A stretch of DNA of 64,000 bases from an uncultured Succinivibrio sp. (GTDB taxonomy: Bacteria; Pseudomonadota; Gammaproteobacteria; Enterobacterales; Succinivibrionaceae), in NCBI GenBank assembly GCA_900754255.1, contig CAAECI010000094.1, positions 365 to 64,364 on the forward strand, read 5' to 3'. Below, piece after piece: positions 61,538 through 64,000 of this stretch; position 1 is the first letter of the stretch, and each line of letters starts with the position of its first letter. The position numbers and the translations under genes are program-made. The notes beneath the pieces were generated by a model that saw nothing but the letters and a program-made list of their open reading frames with translations, was not told where the DNA came from and made no database searches.

Positions 61538-61544
61538 TAGGGGC

Positions 61545-61943
61545 ATGACCAAAGACTGTCCCTTTATATTTTTGATCCTTGCCATAAGCACAGGTGCCGC
61601 CTGCGGCGCCGTTTTGCGTTATCTGCTAAGCCTGTGGCTGAATCCTAAACTGTCATTTTTGCCGGCAGGAACGCTCCTATGCAACCTGACGGGAGCCTTT
61701 TTAATCGGACTTATAAGCGCCTATCTAAGTCATAAAACCGGCATCAGCCCATATACAAAGCTTTTTTTGATCACGGGCTTTCTGGGCAGTCTCACTACCT
61801 TTTCAACCTTTTCATTGGAGTCGGTAAACCTCATTTTGCACGGGGATCCCTACCGTACTCTGTGTCATATGCTTTTGCACCTTGCCGGATCCGTGATCCT
61901 GGCCTTTGCAGGTATCATTCTCGGAAAAAGGATTTTTTATTAA
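61545..61943 (+). CDS. crcB: fluoride ion channel CrcB/FluC
   Basis: 4-TM protein of about 130 aa with the CrcB signature GFLGSLTTFSTFSLE. Confidence 0.85.
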   Translation: MTKDCPFIFLILAISTGAACGAVLRYLLSLWLNPKLSFLPAGTLLCNLTGAFLIGLISAYLSHKTGISPYTKLFLITGFLGSLTTFSTFSLESVNLILHGDPYRTLCHMLLHLAGSVILAFAGIILGKRIFY

Positions 61944-61957
61944 AAGGGGAGTTTGTC

Positions 61958-62284
61958 ATGAATGACGATTGTAAGGAGCTTATTCTTAAAATCGAAGAGC
62001 TCGTAGATAAGCTTGCAACTTTGCAACAGGCAAAGGCCTACGCCGAGGCCGCGGAGCTTTTTAATTCCGACCTGATACCTCTTATAAAGCAACTTGAGCT
62101 CGCAGATAAAGGCATGCTTGCTCCATATCAAAACGAATTGCGACGGTTTTACGACATATTGCTTGACGGTATGAGCGAGGCGGTACACGAGCACGAAGCA
62201 ATACGTAACGAGCTGACGGGACTTAGAAAAAAGTCGGCGGGGATCAACGCCTATGTGAACAACAGCAGACGCAAGCTCTATTAA
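61958..62284 (+). CDS. small helical protein, possibly FliT-like flagellar chaperone
   Basis: 108-aa all-helical ORF with a GGGGAG RBS, between fliS/crcB and maf. Position-based call only. Confidence 0.3.
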   Translation: MNDDCKELILKIEELVDKLATLQQAKAYAEAAELFNSDLIPLIKQLELADKGMLAPYQNELRRFYDILLDGMSEAVHEHEAIRNELTGLRKKSAGINAYVNNSRRKLY

Positions 62285-62325
62285 TTTTACAGCCAAGTCG
62301 CATAAGCAGGAAAACAAGGAACAGC

Positions 62326-64000
62326 ATGGATATTGAAACACTGGCTTTAAAGGGCGGACCCCTAAGCGCCGATGAGATTAGACGCGTCAAGGCCTTAAGT
62401 CGTTTGCAGGGTGCCATGTCCGACATGCTGGTAGCGCGCTTTCAGGAAAATATTCGTGCCTTTTCTGCCCATCTTCCCGAGATTGCCGCCCAATTTAAGC
62501 ATTACCGACCTACACAGAATTTAGAATTTTTCTGCACGGAAAACGGGATCCCGAATTTGATGCTTCCGGATCGGGGCGGAGATATTTTTTATAAGACCGA
62601 CAATCCTCAGGACTTTTGCGACGCACAGGCTCAAAGGGCCATACATGAGCATATATTTACCGGCACCCGCTATAAAAAAGAGTGGGATCCCTACGGACAG
62701 ATACATTTTCGTTACCTCGAGGAGGCCGTAGCTAAGGAAAACGAGGCCTCCTGCAACGAGGAGCTCATAAGCGCGGAGGAGCTCAAATCCATTCCCAATG
62801 CCGTGATCGTCGGCATCGGTCTCGGTTATATACTGCAAAGCTTATACAGTCGCGCGGAGATCATAAATTTGGTAGTGGTCGAGCCCGATCTCGACATGTT
62901 TTACGCCTCCCTGCATTGCTTTGAATGGGCGCCCTTCCTTGATTTTCTCAAGGAAAACCATTTCGGGATCAATTTGCTCTTAGGTCAGACGCCAGAGCAG
63001 CTCTCTTTGGATCTCGGCGCCTACTACGAGCATCACGGACGCTTTTTGAGCGCTCAATGCCTCTGTCTTGTGCACCACGCCGGCAAGGAGATACGTAAAG
63101 TCGTAGACACCCTGCTTAACGACTACTATCGCCTGCATGCGGCCATGGGCTTTTTTGACGATCATCTTTTCGGAACCTCACACGCTCTGTATGCCGCCAC
63201 CCATCACAAGCATTTCGTGCGTGCCGACGTAAGCCTGCCTGAGGAATACCGCCAGGTTCCGCTCTTCATCATCGGCAATGGACCGTCCTTAGACGAGGAC
63301 ATTCCCTATTTAAGAAAACATCAGGACGAGGCGGTGATCATAGCCTGCGGCACGGCCCTCGATACCCTGTATCATGCTGGAATAAAGCCGGATTTTTATG
63401 CCGCTACGGAACGCACTCCCGAGATCTGCGAGACCATTGATGCCATTCCCGATCGCGAATTCATACGCTCTTTGACCCTCATTGCCGGGGATGTGATCCA
63501 TCCCTATACTCAGGATCTCTTCGAGCATACGGCCATTTTCGGAAAGCCCGACGAGCCGTTTTATTGGCGCATGTTTGCAAGACATCCAAAAGGTCGCCTC
63601 ATTCGCCCCGTAAACGTAATGAATCCCATCGTGGGCAATCTCGGAGTCTCAGCCGGCTTAGCCTTGGGCTTTCGCAACGTAGTTCTGTTCGGACTCGACA
63701 ACGGCAAAAACATCAAGGCCGACCGCATGCATTCAAAATACTCCGTAACCTACGGGGAAAACGGCCTGTCGGATACAAGCGGCAATTACAATACGCAAAA
63801 CGGCCCCCTGCTTCCCGGGAACTTCGGCGGAGAGGTTGCGGCCAATTACATATTCCGTTTGGCCAACCGTCATATGGAGCTCGTGATCCGCCTGATGAAG
63901 GAAAACGATGCGCAGCTTCAGATCATAAACTGCTCGGGCGGAGCCTTAATCGAGGGCGCAGATCCGGTACACAGTAAGGATCTTAAGCTTAAGAGCGGAA
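62326..64000 (+). CDS. motility accessory factor (Maf; DUF115/MptE-like, flagellin glycosylation). Partial; continues beyond the window.
   Basis: Open frame from the ATG at 62326 to the window end. DUF115-like core (PLFIIGNGPSLD...IIACGTA). Confidence 0.65.
   Translation, partial: MDIETLALKGGPLSADEIRRVKALSRLQGAMSDMLVARFQENIRAFSAHLPEIAAQFKHYRPTQNLEFFCTENGIPNLMLPDRGGDIFYKTDNPQDFCDAQAQRAIHEHIFTGTRYKKEWDPYGQIHFRYLEEAVAKENEASCNEELISAEELKSIPNAVIVGIGLGYILQSLYSRAEIINLVVVEPDLDMFYASLHCFEWAPFLDFLKENHFGINLLLGQTPEQLSLDLGAYYEHHGRFLSAQCLCLVHHAGKEIRKVVDTLLNDYYRLHAAMGFFDDHLFGTSHALYAATHHKHFVRADVSLPEEYRQVPLFIIGNGPSLDEDIPYLRKHQDEAVIIACGTALDTLYHAGIKPDFYAATERTPEICETIDAIPDREFIRSLTLIAGDVIHPYTQDLFEHTAIFGKPDEPFYWRMFARHPKGRLIRPVNVMNPIVGNLGVSAGLALGFRNVVLFGLDNGKNIKADRMHSKYSVTYGENGLSDTSGNYNTQNGPLLPGNFGGEVAANYIFRLANRHMELVIRLMKENDAQLQIINCSGGALIEGADPVHSKDLKLKSG

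Noticed and set aside
61538-61544. Fluoride riboswitch expected in front of crcB
   Set aside because: Only 7 nt separate fliS and crcB, so there is no room for the aptamer.
1-64000. CRISPR arrays or IS elements
   Set aside because: No regularly spaced direct repeats, terminal inverted repeats or transposase-like ORFs were seen anywhere in the window.

Overview
Core chromosome of a gammaproteobacterium (about 50% GC) with a Vibrio-like polar flagellar (flg) locus interrupted by a low-GC defence island.

Layout, start to end:
- tRNA cluster on the minus strand: tRNA-His (partial), tRNA-Arg(TCT), tRNA-Pro(CGG).
- Housekeeping genes: TauE/SafE exporter, folD, fabV, dacB, alaA, rsmB-like, smrB, a MalY/PatB-family aminotransferase, asd, ycaO, lolB-ispE-prs, mpl, apbE-nqrM, proS.
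- Flagellar genes flgI-H-G-F, flgD, flgC-B, cheR, cheV on the minus strand, then flgA and flgM on the plus strand. flgE is absent between flgD and flgF. The minus-strand sequence upstream of flgF and of flgB carries sigma54 -24/-12 elements.
- A translationally coupled pair: a MoxR/CbbQ-like AAA+ ATPase and an SSB-like OB-fold protein.
- A low-GC island of about 7.9 kb (38.5-46.4 kb). It carries an overlapping Vsr / m5C-methyltransferase / restriction-endonuclease cassette with HpaII-like organisation. It also carries an uncharacterised operon led by a 671-aa GHKL (Hsp90/MORC-like) ATPase, followed by three proteins of unknown function. Two of those ORFs are bridged by an A10 slippery tract. 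A pRiA4b-ORF3-like gene and tRNA-Arg(CCT) sit at the island edge.
- After the island: flgT (divergent), flgO-flgP-flgN, an APC permease, an orphan TRAP solute-binding protein, flrB-flrC, a LysR regulator, purL, fliS, crcB, a FliT-like ORF and the 5' part of a Maf (motility accessory factor) gene.

The most interesting candidate is the paraMORC-like GHKL ATPase operon next to the restriction-modification (R-M) system, with its possible phase-variable A10 switch.
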